From: Ptychomitrium polyphyllum
Taxonomy: Eukaryota
Assembly (NCBI GenBank): GCA_973851085.1
Contig: OZ316775.1
Span: 20,274,001-20,338,000, forward strand
Length of the DNA stretch: 64,000 nucleotides
Reading direction: 5' to 3'
In this document: in pieces, positions 13,775 through 27,603 of the stretch
Layout: each line of letters opens with the position of its first letter
How positions within the stretch are numbered: the stretch's first letter is position 1
The notes under the pieces: generated by a model
Told to the model about the DNA's origin: nothing
Databases searched by the model: none
The model's input: only the letters and a program-made list of their open reading frames with translations
Position numbers and translations under genes: made by a program

Positions 13775-16700
13775 TTACAATACGCGGAGTGAACTTGGAG
13801 GAGGTTTCGGTTCCCACACTGAACAGGCATGCACGATTTCGTTGTTAATACCCATGATAAACCAGCCATCATCTTTACCAGCCCCATAGTTTTTGTGAAA
13901 ACTAGCCATCATGGCTGTGAGTTTTGAGAAAACGATTGGATCAAGAAGCCGTAAAGTAAAGCCTGCGCGTTGCAGACGGTTCTGCCATTGCCGGTACGGC
14001 TCTGCACGTTCCACTCTAGCTTGTCCTTCACATGCAACAATGTTCAAGATCTCTCGGCCAAAAAACTCTTTTTCAATGATGACTCTGTCTGAATCATCAG
14101 AAGGCATAGATACTTCCATTCCGTCATATAATGCCGAGTAATGCCTGACGCACTCCCGAAAGCGGGTCATGAAAAAAGGAGCATTATAGCCTCCATTTAC
14201 CCCCACAATAACAAAAACCTGCACATTTCATCACAGCTGAGTCGATGCTACAACATATACACGCTGCCTCGGATGCAATAGAAGTACATCATCAAACAAT
14301 TGGTCATCTGCAGTGTTCTCATTGATTATGTTCAGGCAAGATGCCATGTACGCTTTTGACAGTTAGGATGCTAGTAAAGAGAATTAGATGTAAACACTAT
14401 TAACGCTAATAGGATAGATACGTGTACCTTAGGATTCATGCTTCGGATCCTTCTCAATACAACTTCACGGGGACTTGTGGCCATTACCGACTCATCAAGA
14501 AGCGTGTGCAGCCTATCGCTGCACACTGCAAGCACTTCATCATCTCTCAAGTTCATATCCCTAGCCGTGAATGATTCCCAACTTCCAGCTAATGGAACAA
14601 AATCAAACGGTAGATTGCATTTCCTCGCAAACGCCGCCAGCCTACGCCCCGTTTCATTTATTTTCAAGGCGGGATCGTTTCCTGGATACGGGTAATCAAT
14701 ACCTGCCATTGCAGAAAAGAAGCATTATGAGGTTCAACGATGTATTTCATCACGCTGTTTTACTTAAACATGATTAAGTAAGAAACAATGAACTTCGCGG
14801 ACTAAAGACCAATGCAAGAACCTCAACATGTAAAGGTTAGACACACATTGTAGATACCTGTTATCCGAAGGTGGGGTGGTCCTCCTGGCCTCCGTGACAG
14901 TTGCTGCATGAGACCAGGGAATTCGGTTCCATATTGAATTCCATATACTATCACATGAACACGAGTAGCACTGTCGCATGCGTCTAGTATTGTTTTCATG
15001 GAGAAAAAATGGGAAAGTTTGATGTAAGGGTTATTCTCGAAGTACAGGCGAACAGCTTTAAATACAGACGCAGCGGAGGGGCAGTTGTTCCCAATTACCG
15101 TGTAAAGCTGTTCACCAGTCCCTGTCATTTTTGCCACCTGCAAACCAGGAGAACATCATCGAAGGTTACTTTCTGAGGATACACTAAAATAGAGGATAAG
15201 ACATCATATAGGATGCATAAGAACTGTACATGAAAAGTGAGATGTGCAGCCGAGTTTATAAAGTAGGTTTACAACCTTCAAGAAAATACGCACCCAATAA
15301 CTAATGACATGATTGATGTCGCTTACATGGATTTGCATGTAAAAGCACAATGTAAGTCAAATACAGCCCTCGAACTCTATCCTCCTCAGCAAAAATCATT
15401 AGTTAAACTAACGGTGTCCTAGAAGGCGATTACAATCAAGCTACAAATCCATTCTAGAAACCTCAATCATCCAGCGTCTAAATCTTCAAGAAAAAATACA
15501 CAGATTCCATGCTTTCCACGAACGTAGGACATACGCAACAGGAGTTGCGTAACAACCCACTGTCCCTTAATCTTCTGGTTAGGACATACTTTGATTCTTG
15601 TAGAAAATTTACGGTTTAAGCAAAGAGTTCACTGACCAGAGCTTCCATGAAATAATGTGCCATGCGTTGTGTAGTATTTCCTTGGAGTGACGAGTTCTGC
15701 CGCAGTTCAGCTAATAAATCTGTTGCATTTGGTACATTTCCCTGGTTCACTGCCAACGCGCACCTGCGACATAGCATCAACTTTTAAGTGGTCGAACTGT
15801 AGAATGCACCTGAACCTCCAAAAAACTTCCAGTCCTTGTGTTCAACATTAGACTTCTAACCAAAGTGGATCGCAATTTGATTGTGATGGAGAAACGAACT
15901 AAGAAAATAGCTTACGGATGCTCAACAACATTTGGCGAGGACTTCGCCATCCTTGACTCAGAGATAGCTAGTGGCATAAAGCTTGAAAATTTAATCCTGG
16001 TATAATGTATCTATTTCAAATTGCCGATGACTCAGTCAAGCTCCTGATGACTCCCAGAGCCCAATGCCAATAACTCTAGAGATTGGCCATGCTCACCAAC
16101 TTGTTTTTTCCTCAACCAATAAAAACACTGAAAAATGGATATCGTATAATAATACCTGTAGAGCAACTCCGTCAGACTACTACAAGAGGAGGAAGTGGCA
16201 ACATTGTCCACCAACGCCTTGGACCTTCCTGCCCCGCAGAGAAGCCTGTTAAAGTCAAAATTTGAGGTTGGCTTGAAGTTCCGGTTGAGGTTCTGCAGAT
16301 ATGATTTCCAATCGTCATCCAAGTAAATTAGTATCGTGTCTGTCTCGACAGGTTCATCACTGGAATCCATAAAACCAGAACTGATCGACACATCCGCTAT
16401 ATGTTTGCTAAGCACACAAGCGTACGCCTCCATCATCTTCCAAACCGCATATTCTTCGGTTGGTCTGAAGTCGGCTCTGACGCGGATCTCGTCTTTTGAA
16501 AAATCAGTTAATACGCTAGAATTGCACACTGTAGAGTCTGGGGAAATGAGGTCGGCAATCTCCTTGGCCATTGCTTGATAAGCGCTGCTTTCCTCAAGCA
16601 TACACATTCCTGATTGAGAGTTGTAGGATTCAGCATCCTCCCAACGGTTATTAAAGTCTACCACATCGGATCCCTCACACTCAGCTACAGACTCTAGGCC

Positions 16701-17363
16701 AATAAGCTCAGAAATCTCCTTCGCCATAGCCTGGTAAGCACTGGTCTCATGTAGCATAGACTTTTCTTCTTCCAGGTTCTCGTCCATAAGGATGGCGTCG
16801 AGATAGCCAGCCAAGGGCTGTGTTTGTCCTTCAAAGTCGACTGAGCCGCTGCTACTATCTGCAGATTCCGTGACGCCAGAGAACTGCCCGACCTTAGATG
16901 TCCAACTTTCACTCGAAAGGGTAGGGGAACCACCTAGCGATTTCAATGATTGAGAACGGCCATAGCCAGCGCCTGGCGCTGAGTGTGTCCATTGCAACAA
17001 AGAAACCGATCGCGGAATGTCTGTCTTCTTGGAATAACATTTCAGTTCTGGGAGTGCAAACCTCGATATAAACACTGTCGACGCATTCAGTCTCGACTTG
17101 TGAAAGAATAAATTCTCTGCCCCGCCCTGACAACCTGCTCGAGCAGGAACCTTTTCTGAGCGCACTACCGGAGAGGATTGTGAACCATTTCGCATTCCTA
17201 GCGACGCATCTGCAAAACAAGGAGACGTGATACGTCTTTGCAATTTTGGTCTATGAGACTGAAGCCATGCTTGCTGCAGCAAACTTTCTAGCGGCGACTT
17301 CTCCTCTCTCTTTTCAGCATAATTTTCTTGAGAGGATCCCTCGGACCTCGTGCTTCCTAGCAT
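13775..17363 (-). CDS. GRAS transcription factor, SCL14/LISCL-like. Exons ~17363-16156, 15763-15637, 15137-14858, 14702-14428, 14218-13775 (start codon uncertain)
   Basis: LTELLYRCALAV (LHRI), QRMAHYFMEAL, RVHVIVYGIQYG (VHIID), PGGPPHLRITGID, ETGRRL, PFFMTRFRE, NIVACEG..RVERAEPYRQW, terminal SVW (SAW). N-terminal acidic ILMDE motif. Confidence 0.92.
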
Positions 17364-19995
17364 ACCTGTGACAATCACGACGGCCACTCGTCGTACTCTC
17401 GATTGCAGCTCTTCTTTACTTCCGCTCTTTCTCAAAAACACGCACAGCCGCTCAGATTCCACTCTACGCCCTACACTGCCATAGAAGTATTAACTTTTCC
17501 AAAACCGGCGCCACAATTCCCTTACAACAACCATCTCCTAACAAACTAAAATCCCGCCTATGGACTTCAAACACCGCCGGCTGGTGCAACTTACTAATCA
17601 GACGTATCCGAGTCCAAAACATTGCTCCTACAGTACCTCCGCAACTAAAAGTCTTACTAGTCAGTTCCAGTTGCAGCATCACGAACAGCAAGCTCTAAAC
17701 CAACAAGCTTAGGGCACCATGTCCTCCTCGCAAACTAATGCCGAATCCCGCAGAATACTACTTTTATAACCGCCGAATTTCAGGAAAGTACACCTCACCG
17801 CACTATTCCCCCGTCCCGCCGTAATCCGTGTGCTCATTCTTGGAGCACAACACCTGACGCCAGAAACCTCACACCACGCAACTCTGTCACCAAAAATAAC
17901 GAAAAACTGCCAAAAACTCTGTTACAACTATTCTCCGTCAAGCCAACTCCTCCTCACACCGAAGCTCTAACAAGAAAACAGAACGAACACTTTCATTGCA
18001 AAACCTAACACTCCCGCTCCCTCCACCAAACCACCGGCTGTGGAACACGCACTCCAACAACAAACGGCGGCTCCGCTAGGGTATCGTCAACGAAACCAAT
18101 GGTAATGTGAGGACCTTCCAGATTTGTCTTCTGCGAAACTGGAAAGAAAAGGTTGCGAATCTATATCCCGACACTGGAGTACGTAGGTCTGTGCCGAGGT
18201 CCACTGTTTCTGCTGTCTGTGGACTCCTATAGTGCCCGGCATGCGCTTCACGGATAGTGTACAGTGCGTGCAAGTTGCCGGTGTGCGTGACAGTCTACGG
18301 CTTTTGTGTTGCGCATTGTGCTGGGTTCGAATGCAGGCCACTGCGAGGCCACCGGCGGAGAATTGTTGTTACACATGGGATAAAACAATAGGGTCGGTTT
18401 TCTTCATTGAAAGCAAATGTAAAAATAAAGCTAGAAAATGTTAACACAGCCAATTTCAGGAGCTTGGACTACTCTTTTGTCCCACTCCTGGAAATGGTAG
18501 ATAAACAAGGTTAGCAAGGGCATAAAATAATTGAGATTTCATGTAACAAATGTGATATTTACTCATAGCTAAAAATGAGGATCACGTAGGAACTCTTTCC
18601 TCGGATCTAGAATCTCAAAGAGGATGTCTCTGCCATTGTGGCATTCCCTTCTATGTATAAGAGAGATGCCACTTGTTCACGCGTTTCCCAAGACGTGTTT
18701 CCAACACAGGAGCCATGAGGCATTCCAGGAAGAAATACAGTGGGGAAATTCCGGTAGATAACGTTCGAAACTACTTTTTTCTTTCTAAATTTACATTTGT
18801 TTTAACTCAGTAGTGATTCTCTAGTTGCATGATAACGATATGTGAACGGGAAAGAAGCAACAGGTGCCTCGGAGGTGGTCCAACAGCTTCGGAGGACGGA
18901 ACAACCGTTGACTTGGGAGACCTCAGGTCTATCTGTGAGTAATATAGTAAAGACAATCCACTGGTTTCTGGAGAAAGTGAATCTTCATGTAGCACCAACC
19001 CCATAGCGCTTACCGCCACAATGAGTCACGAATCTCATGTTGAATGAACTAGTGCCTTTCTCCTCAAGTTAAGCCAACTTACAGTATTTCGGTCCTCTGC
19101 TAGTAATTCAAAGGAAACTGTGGCTCGGCTAGTTTCTTGCTCTCTAAGGTATTTCGAAAACATTTTAGTGTACAGAACATTGTTCCAAGGAAACGCGCCA
19201 CAGGTTGTGTAAACCAAGCTTCTGATTGTTTGTACCTGGAGGTTCACACTTCCAGTGGTAAGGCCCTACCTTCTGGGGTTAAAAGAAATCACGTTGCATT
19301 GACACTGAAAAGTTCACAATTTTGGAAACTAACAAGTTTTTCAAAAGAACATAAAATTATTCAATGTGGTATGGGTGGGGCCGTCGCAAGTTTAGCCAGA
19401 GCTACAAACCATAATGAAATCCGTTCACAATGACAATGAGATAGGTGGTGATAATTCTTTGTGATCCAATGGCTCATGGATGAAGAAAAGCTCCACTTTC
19501 TTGTAGGATATTGGTCAAGTATGTTGAAGTGAGTGTTCTTTCATAGGTCAATTTGCAAGAGGTTGATGCAACATTGTGAACAACTGTGTGCTTCATAATT
19601 GTATTGTATTTTACTTTTTGTTTTATTTAAGATGAGATAATTATTGGAAATGGGGTTTTTTTGTCTCCTAAGGAATTGATTGTGTAGCTTGAAAACATTT
19701 GGTTGTGTGTAGGACTTGTGTCCTTGGTATTCATGTGTCAATTTTGTGGATGTAGTGATAATTTAAAGGATTTTTGGAACTCTATATTTTATTTATATGA
19801 ACAAAATAATTATAGAAGGAATAATGCCTTTAAATTCCAATTTTTATTCTGTTATTTTATTACTTATTATAATAGTTCTACTTCTAAATATATCATTATA
19901 ATGACAAATTGACTTGTCCTTTGGAGAGCATGCATTGTGAGTACAAGTCTTGCAACATGCATAGAAGTTGACATAAATCCAAATAAAGCTATAAG

Positions 19996-20563
19996 TATCA
20001 TAGATATAAATCATGTAATATAGTCTTTAGAACCTTCTACAACCTTATGATATTTTATAGTAATTTTTGAGAATACTTTCAAATGTTTCCATAGCCGTTT
20101 TTACGTTCTTAAGAAATTTCCTAAAAAAATTCTACCACCTCAGGAAACTTTTTATAAAACTTTTTAGGAAATTTCCTAGAAAGGTTCCATCATCTCTTTA
20201 GGAAACTTCTTAAAAATGTTCCACCACCTTAGAAAACTTCCACTAAAGGTTCCTGCTCTTTGGAAGCTTCTTAAGAAGGTTCCAATATCTTAAGAAATTT
20301 CTTGGAAAGGTTCTATAAAACTTCTAAAATATTCTTAAGTCTTGTAGGAAGTTTCTTTAGAAGTATCTTAGGAGATACAATTGTCATAGTATAAATAAGA
20401 GGCAAGACAAGGTATTCCTTAATCTTCCAACACAAGTTGTGGATTATATTGTATCTTGTCTAGTTTGAATCTTTGTATCAAATTCTTGTTAATGATTAGC
20501 TCTTTGGTTGCTAATTCTTGGAAAATACTTTGTTTCTGCTTCTGGTTTCTAATGTTCATTACA
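19996..20563 (+). repeat. 5' LTR of the chromovirus
   Basis: Homologous to 25985-26281 plus 27447-27603 and to 60804-61376. TATAAATA at 20390. Ends in ACA. Confidence 0.88.
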
Positions 20564-20879
20564 ATTTGGCAAGAGTATTCTTCAACTTTGTTAGAGCTAA
20601 GGTTCTTTGAAATAGATAATGGAATACTCATTTTCTTTAGGATCCCATAGCGCCTTAGAGGTTGCAAATTATCCTCCTATAATCTGACACCATAGAATTG
20701 GTTTCTTCTTTTAAACCAAGTACTACTTTTTCTGAAGAATGATCAATCTTTTAAAAGATGTGGATTAACCTCTTTTGAAGGTATTCATAGTTTTCTTGTC
20801 TTTGACAGTCTTAAGTATTAGATAACGTGTATGGAACATCAAAAGATAAGTTTGCTACTATTGCAGACCTTCAAGAATT

Positions 20880-23800
20880 ATTAAACACAAATCAAATGGA
20901 ACTAGCTTGCTTCAACACCACCAATAATTTATAGCAGTACACTTGGCAAGTTGAAGAATTCATTAGCGATATTCAAAGTCTATATTAAGAGGTTGTTCGA
21001 TTGCATGAAGCCAATATTAGAAGAGAAGGCTTACGTTGAAACCATGCAAAGCCAAAGATTAGCATGCCAAATAAGTTTGATGCATCAAGATTAAAGTTGA
21101 AAGGTTTTCTTCAAAAAATAAGGGTCTTCTTTAGTTTGCATTAATTTCGCTATCCTGATGGCACTACTTAAGTGGATTTGTAGCCACTCTTCTATCAAGC
21201 AATCCACTATCATAGTTTGCACCATTAATGGAGAAGCAGTCACCATTATTGAACAACTTAAATGCTTTCATATAAGCGTTGACATTTATTTTTGGAGACA
21301 CTGACCGAGATAGGGTAATTGAAACAAGGATCTAAAGTCTACAACAAAGACAGCACTTGCTGCTATATATGCTGCAAAGTTTTGAGAATTAGCTTGCGAC
21401 TTTGATTGGAATAATAAGGCTTTGGTCATACAATTATAATGGGGCTTAAGAGAGAATGCAAAGGACTTGCTATTCACAATACCAAATATTGAAACATTCA
21501 ACAAATTCATTGTTCAAATAATAGCATGTAACAATAGACTATTTGAGAGGCGCCAAGAACAACACTTGGGATGGCAACTACTACATTAAGGTATGGCAAC
21601 CACTTTTTCAAAAGTATAGGAAAGCCAACCACAAGCACCAGAATCTATGCAAATTGATGCTACTTAATTTAGACATTTGAATCTCAAAAAAAGAAAAAAA
21701 ATTGTCGAAGAGGAAACCTATGTTTGTATTGTAGCAAGTCTAAATATAAAGTGCGCAATTGTCAAATCAAAGGATCTTCCTTTAAAGCTCAAAGCACAAT
21801 GGTAGAGTTGGAAAACGAGGTTGTTCAGTCACAATAAGGACCATGCAATTGGATACCATAAAAAAACAACCATAAAATCTAAGGTCTTTTATTACTTTCA
21901 ACCTCTACCAGTTGGTTATGTTTTTTTATCAAAATTAAATTATTAGATGATGAAATAATTAGTGAAGTTCTTTTGGACACTAGTGCAACGATATGCTTCA
22001 CGGATAAGGATTTTGCAACAAAACAACACATGGTATTTATGAACAAAAAACATCCCGCACTTGAAATTATCAATGAACAATTTCTTGCATCTAACAATGT
22101 TATTGAGGAAACTTAAAATTTAAAAGTGATTTTGGAGGACCAATCATCTAAAATTGTTTTCAGCATCATTCAATGCCAAACAAATCCTAACGTCTTAGAC
22201 CTTCTTTGATTTGAATTACATAATCCAGACATTGATTAGCGCTCATGAAATATGGTCTCAACGAAAAGATGTAAAGGTACAAGAAATCTTGAACCATTAT
22301 TTATTGAAGCTACAACATTCATCAGAGCGACAAAGCGTAAACCAATTTATGCCATTTGTAACACACAAATGTCCGACTCTATAGTAGAGACTAATCAAAA
22401 CATACCTCGTCAATATCAAGATTGTAAAGACAATTTTGAGAAGAAAAATGCGGACATATTACGAAAGCATTGGCTTTATAACTATGCCATTGAGTTGCAA
22501 GAAAGAATCCAACCACTTTTAGAACCTATTTATAATCTATTACAAATTAAGTTGATTGCCTTGAAAGAATATATTGATAAAAAGCGTAGAAAGGGCTTCA
22601 TCCAATAGTGTAAATTACCTGCTAGAGCACCCATTCTATTTGTAAAGAAGAAAGATGGATCATTATGTATGTATGTAAATTATCAAGGCCTCAATAAAGT
22701 TACAAAAAAGAACTGCTATCTATAATATATACCTTTAATCTTAAGACTCTTATAGCTACTTGGCCAAGTAAAGATATTCACCAAGATTGATTTTAGAGGA
22801 GCCTATACTTTTGTATGCTTAAAAAAAAAAGATAAATGCAAAATAACTTTTTGATCTAGGTAGGGCCATTTTGAATACAATGTCATACATTTTGGCCTTA
22901 CTAATGCCTTCGTAATCTTCCAACATGTGATGAATGATATCTTCCATGAATATTTGGACGATTTTGTAGTCATCCACTTGGATGACACTTTGATATATTC
23001 AAAGGATGAACAAAACTACAAATGTCATGTACAATTGGTCTCAAAAAAATTATGCTAGCGAAGATTATATGCCAAACTGGAGAAGTGCCTTCAATTGAAT
23101 TTTTAGGCTCCATCACTTCCAAAAGAGGAATCCATATGGATGAGAAGAAAATAAGCACTTTTATAGAGTGGAGTACACCAAGATCAATTTGAAATGTTCA
23201 ATGCTTATTGGTATTTGCAAACTTCTATAGGATATTCATCAAGGATTATTCCAAAATTGTGGTACCATTGACACAACTTACTAGGAAGCAAAAATTCACT
23301 TAGAATGAAGAAGCGGAAAAGGCATTTCAAGGTCTTAAGAAATAATTCTCATCAGCTCTAATCATTATTCATCCAAATCCGACAAAGCCTTTCTTGTTGG
23401 AAGTGCATTCATTAGATTTTGCGTTTGGCTTAGTATTCTTATAATAGGATGAAGATGAGAGTCTCCATTCTATTGCCTTTCATTCGAGGAAATTTTTAGC
23501 GGCAGAAATCATCTATGATAAACATTATAAGGAGCTACTTGCAATTATGGATGCGTTTGAGGAATTGCAACACTTGTTGGAAGGAACTCAACATACCTTC
23601 ACAATGTGTACAGACTACAAAAACTTGAAGTACTTTATGAGTGCGCACGTACTGAATTGCAATCAAGCAAGGTGGAGTTTGTCGCTTTTCAAATTTGACG
23701 TTATCATTACCTATTGACCTTGTAGCCTACAAGGTAAGCCAGATGCCTTATTTCAAAGATCTTATTTAACTCCCAATACTGGAGTTGATGTTTTGAACCA

Positions 23801-25329
23801 ACAAAGGATTATTTTATTGAAGCCACAAAATCCTCAATTGAAAGCAGCAATTATTACCACAACATCTCATCTTGATAAAATTTGAAGGCCTTTGAAGAAT
23901 GATGTCTTGTTTCAAATATAAGGAAGCGCTTCAAAAACACCGGAAATTCTTCAAAACAACAGAGAACCTTCAAAGAGCAATGAAGACTTCGAGTTCCAAG
24001 GAAGTTTATTTTATTATAAAGAAATTTAATATCTACCTCCAAGCCCTATGCAATTGAAGATCCTTTAAACACATCATGATTTTCTAACAGCAAAGCATTT
24101 GAAATTCAATAAAACAATGGAGTTGATTGCTAGAGACTATTGATGGCCGCAAATGTTGAAATACGTGAAGGACTTTGTTTAATCATGCAACATGTGTGTA
24201 AGGCCTAAGGTTCCAAAACAGCAACCTCATAGTCTCTTCCATTTGCTTCCAATGCCAAAAGGTCCATGATTGTCATTGTTAATAGATATTATTACAACCT
24301 TCCAAATTTCAATTTTAAAAATTCTATTTTTGTAGTGGTGGATTGGTTTATCAAGATGGCACATTTTATTCCATACATCAAGACAATAACAGGAGAAGAA
24401 ATTGTCAAGTTGTTTATAAATCATGTCACCCGCATACATGAACTATAAGATGATACTATATCCGATTGAAAGCCGCAGTTCATTTCCAACTTTTAGAAGG
24501 ATCTATTCCAATTGTTGCACGTGAAGATCAGCCTTTTTTCAACGCACCATTCGCAGGCTGATGGTCAAACCTTAACATGTGAATCAAATTTTGAAGTTGT
24601 ACCTTTGTTGCAGCATAAACTACCAGTAAGACAACTGGATGGACCTCGTACCTTTGGCAGAGTTTGTTTTACAGCAATACAATGTATTCTTCAACAATTC
24701 AAAGTTCATTCTTTGCAAGTTATAGCCATCATCTTCAAAGAGATCCATTTTAAGTCAAACATGTTGGAAATCTTGCAATATAGGATTTTGTAATCCAACT
24801 TGTTAAAATCCATCAAGAACTTGTTTTTTAGTTACAACAAATTCAAGATCGTTACAAAACTTATGAAAATTGTCATTGGAAAGACCATTTAAAAAACAAG
24901 GTTGAAGATAGCGTATGGTTGCTACAACAAAACATACAAACAAAAAGACCGTCAAAGAAGCTGAACCATCAAAGGTTGGGACCGTTTGAAATCAATAAAT
25001 AGATAAATCCGGTCAGTTATCGCCTTAGACTAACACCAACCATGTAAAATCATCTAGTGCTCCACGTATCATTGTTGGAAACCTACAACAAGTCATGTAT
25101 AGTAGAGAGGGTTGTTTTTTTGCTTCCTTTGGTGGAAATCAATAATGAATTGGAGTATGAAGTCAATGAAATCTTAGATTCACGCATCAAGAATGGATAT
25201 GTAGAGTACCTTATACATTGGCAAAGATATGCCATCAATGACCAAATATGGAAATCTTTGATAAACATAACAAATGCATTTAAAAAGCTACAAAAATTTC
25301 ATCAAAGATATTTCGAGAAACTAGGGTAG
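20880..25329 (+). pseudogene. Disrupted gag-pol of the chromovirus (start approximate)
   Basis: Fragmentary ORFs with RT ([23 protein letters not shown]), RNase H (KELLAIMDAFEE), integrase (VVVDWFIKMAHFIP) and chromodomain motifs. Many stops and frameshifts. Confidence 0.9.
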
Positions 25330-25984
25330 CGATGATATGTTATCAGTAGCCATTAGCTTCATAGAGAAGATTTTTCTATAGACAAGTTTAAGAAGGGAGG
25401 AGAGATATCAAAACCTCTAATTTTATGCAACATTATTTCCAAGATAGATAATTTTTAGATTCTAACTAGTATGTCAAATCTTTGTATTATTATGGATATG
25501 CGTAAAAAACAGTCGGCCATGTCTTCTTCAACAACAACATCTATTGAGCCAATTCAACTTTCTTAGCTTTCAGTAACGGAGGATCTAAGTTAAGATATGA
25601 GAGAAATATTCTAACGTCTAGTACAACCTCGTGCAAAAGTATTTGCTAATTGCTCTTTACATTTTATTCTTGATTCAAATGCTTGAGCTCTAATCATCTT
25701 ATTAGAAATTGGAAGAATTACACTTAAAGGATCTCAAATTCTATATAGAAGATGTTTTGAAGGGCTTAATTACAATCAAATCTTAAGCTGAAACATTTCA
25801 ACAACAAAAATCTTGGTTGGTGGTTATTGGTGTTTTTTTGCAAGGAGCAGTTCAATTAGTGGGTAAAGAATAACAAATAGAATATGTTGTTCTTTTCTTT
25901 GACAAATTTTGAAATTTGTGGAGATGTGACGAGCAAGTTACAAGAAGTGCTCGTCATGGGACTCGTCGCTAAAAAGAGAGGTGA

Positions 25985-27603
25985 TGTCACGGACATAGAT
26001 CATGCAACATAGTCTTTAGAATCTTTTGAAACCTTATGATATATTATAGTAATTTTTGAGAACACTTTGAAATGTCTCCATAACCTTTTCTACGTTCTTA
26101 GAAAATTTCCTAAGAAGGTTCCACAATTTTAAGAAACTTCCAAGGAAGGTTCCAACTCCTTGGAAGCTTCTTAGGAAGGTTCCATAAGACTTTTAGAACA
26201 TTCTTAAGCCTTGTAGGAAGCTTCTTTAGAAGTATCCTAGGAAATACAAGCGTCATAATATAAACAAGAGGCAAGACAAGATATCGCAACCCTTGTAATG
26301 CACCTTAACAAACGTCACGTACGTCAACCTTGTACACCCCCAGATGAACATGGTTAACCCCCATTTTTACTCTCTAAGTCTCAAGCTTGGTTTCCAATTC
26401 CCTCTATCATTCCTCTTAAGATACCTAATTGATTGGTAGCCAATGGTTAGGTGCGGGCTTCCATTCATGTCCAACGCCTCACTTGCTCTTACTCCCATTC
26501 CACGCGGCCTAACCGTACTTAGTGGTGTCTCCTCACCACCACTCTTGATTTCCATGTGATCCTAAGATCAATACGGACTATCATGGTGCCGGCGTGAAAA
26601 CACTACCCTAATTTAGTGGTAACAAGCGTGCCCTTTTGATCTCACTAATTTCCTTCATGAAACCGGTCATCCACCGGCTTACAATGGTGTGGAAGTCCTC
26701 GTGGTGAAGCCCCAACACTAGCTCCACAAACTGGGACTTACCCTAGATTCCTACCGGGACACTAAGTGAATAGGGAGGGGGACCAACCCTCTCCTATAAT
26801 ACTCTCTATGGGATTCAACAAGCCCCCTAATCCTCTGTAGCTGGCTGAACTCTGACATCCCAAAACTTTTGGAAGACCACCCGATCTCTGTTGGGACTTA
26901 GTCGCTGGAAACCTTCGGGACTCCTTGCAAACCTTCAGGGAGCCATATTTTCCACATTTGGTGTCCGAATCTATCAAATGACCACTCTATCGTCATCTAC
27001 TCTTTGCATAAATGTCGATAGACTCCTCAAACGTACGATTTGACTTAGTAATTTGAGAGATATGCCTCTTTCAACGTTCGGAATTCCCGGGGAGTCCCTC
27101 CCTGTACTGTTCCAGTCCAGTACAATCACTGTCTAGGGCTGCCACAATCCAAAACAACCCCTTGGTAGCCCCAACTTTGGAATGCCATATCTTTTAGCTC
27201 CCTTCTCCAATTTGAGCAATCTTTAGCATTCTAGAATTAATTTGTCGTGAGTATTCTAATGCCTACAATTTATCTCTTGTGGCCCTCGGTCTACATGAGC
27301 AAGGATGTTTCTCTTCCTCGGGATTCTTTCCACGTTAGGCCTACTTGGGCCACTTCACTATCGGCACCACAAGTCCTGGACGTCATTCTGGAGTCCTCCT
27401 TGTGCCCTTAATGTTGCGGGCACTCTTCAAGGAGAGGTGCACGAGACAAGGTATTCCTTAGTCTTGCCAACACAAGTTGTGGATCATCTTGAATTCTGCC
27501 TTGTTTAAATTTTTATATCAAGGTCTAATTAATCATTAGCTTTTTGGAAGCTAATTCTTGGGAAACATTTTGATTCTGCTTCTTGTTTATTGTGTTCCTA
27601 ACA
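25985..27603 (+). repeat. 3' LTR of the chromovirus, split by a nested solo LTR
   Basis: Starts TGTCACGGAC after the PPT. The LTR sequence GGCAAGACAAG|GTATTCC is interrupted at 26281/27447. Confidence 0.88.
26282..27446. mobile_element. Solo LTR (~1.16 kb, second family) inserted in the chromovirus 3' LTR
   Basis: Reverse-complement homolog of 39325-40469. Flanked by an imperfect 5-bp TSD CAAGA/CAAGG. Confidence 0.87.

Larger units (their letters stand above)
19996..27603 (+). mobile_element. Full-length degenerate Ty3/Gypsy chromovirus (probably Tcn1-like), flanked by an ATAAG target-site duplication
   Basis: Paired LTRs. ATAAG at 19991-19995 and 27604-27608. Gag, protease (LLDTSA), RT, RNase H, integrase and chromodomain (YEVNEILDSRIKNGYVEYLIHW) occur in Gypsy order. 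PPT AAAAAGAGAGG precedes the 3' LTR. Confidence 0.93.
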
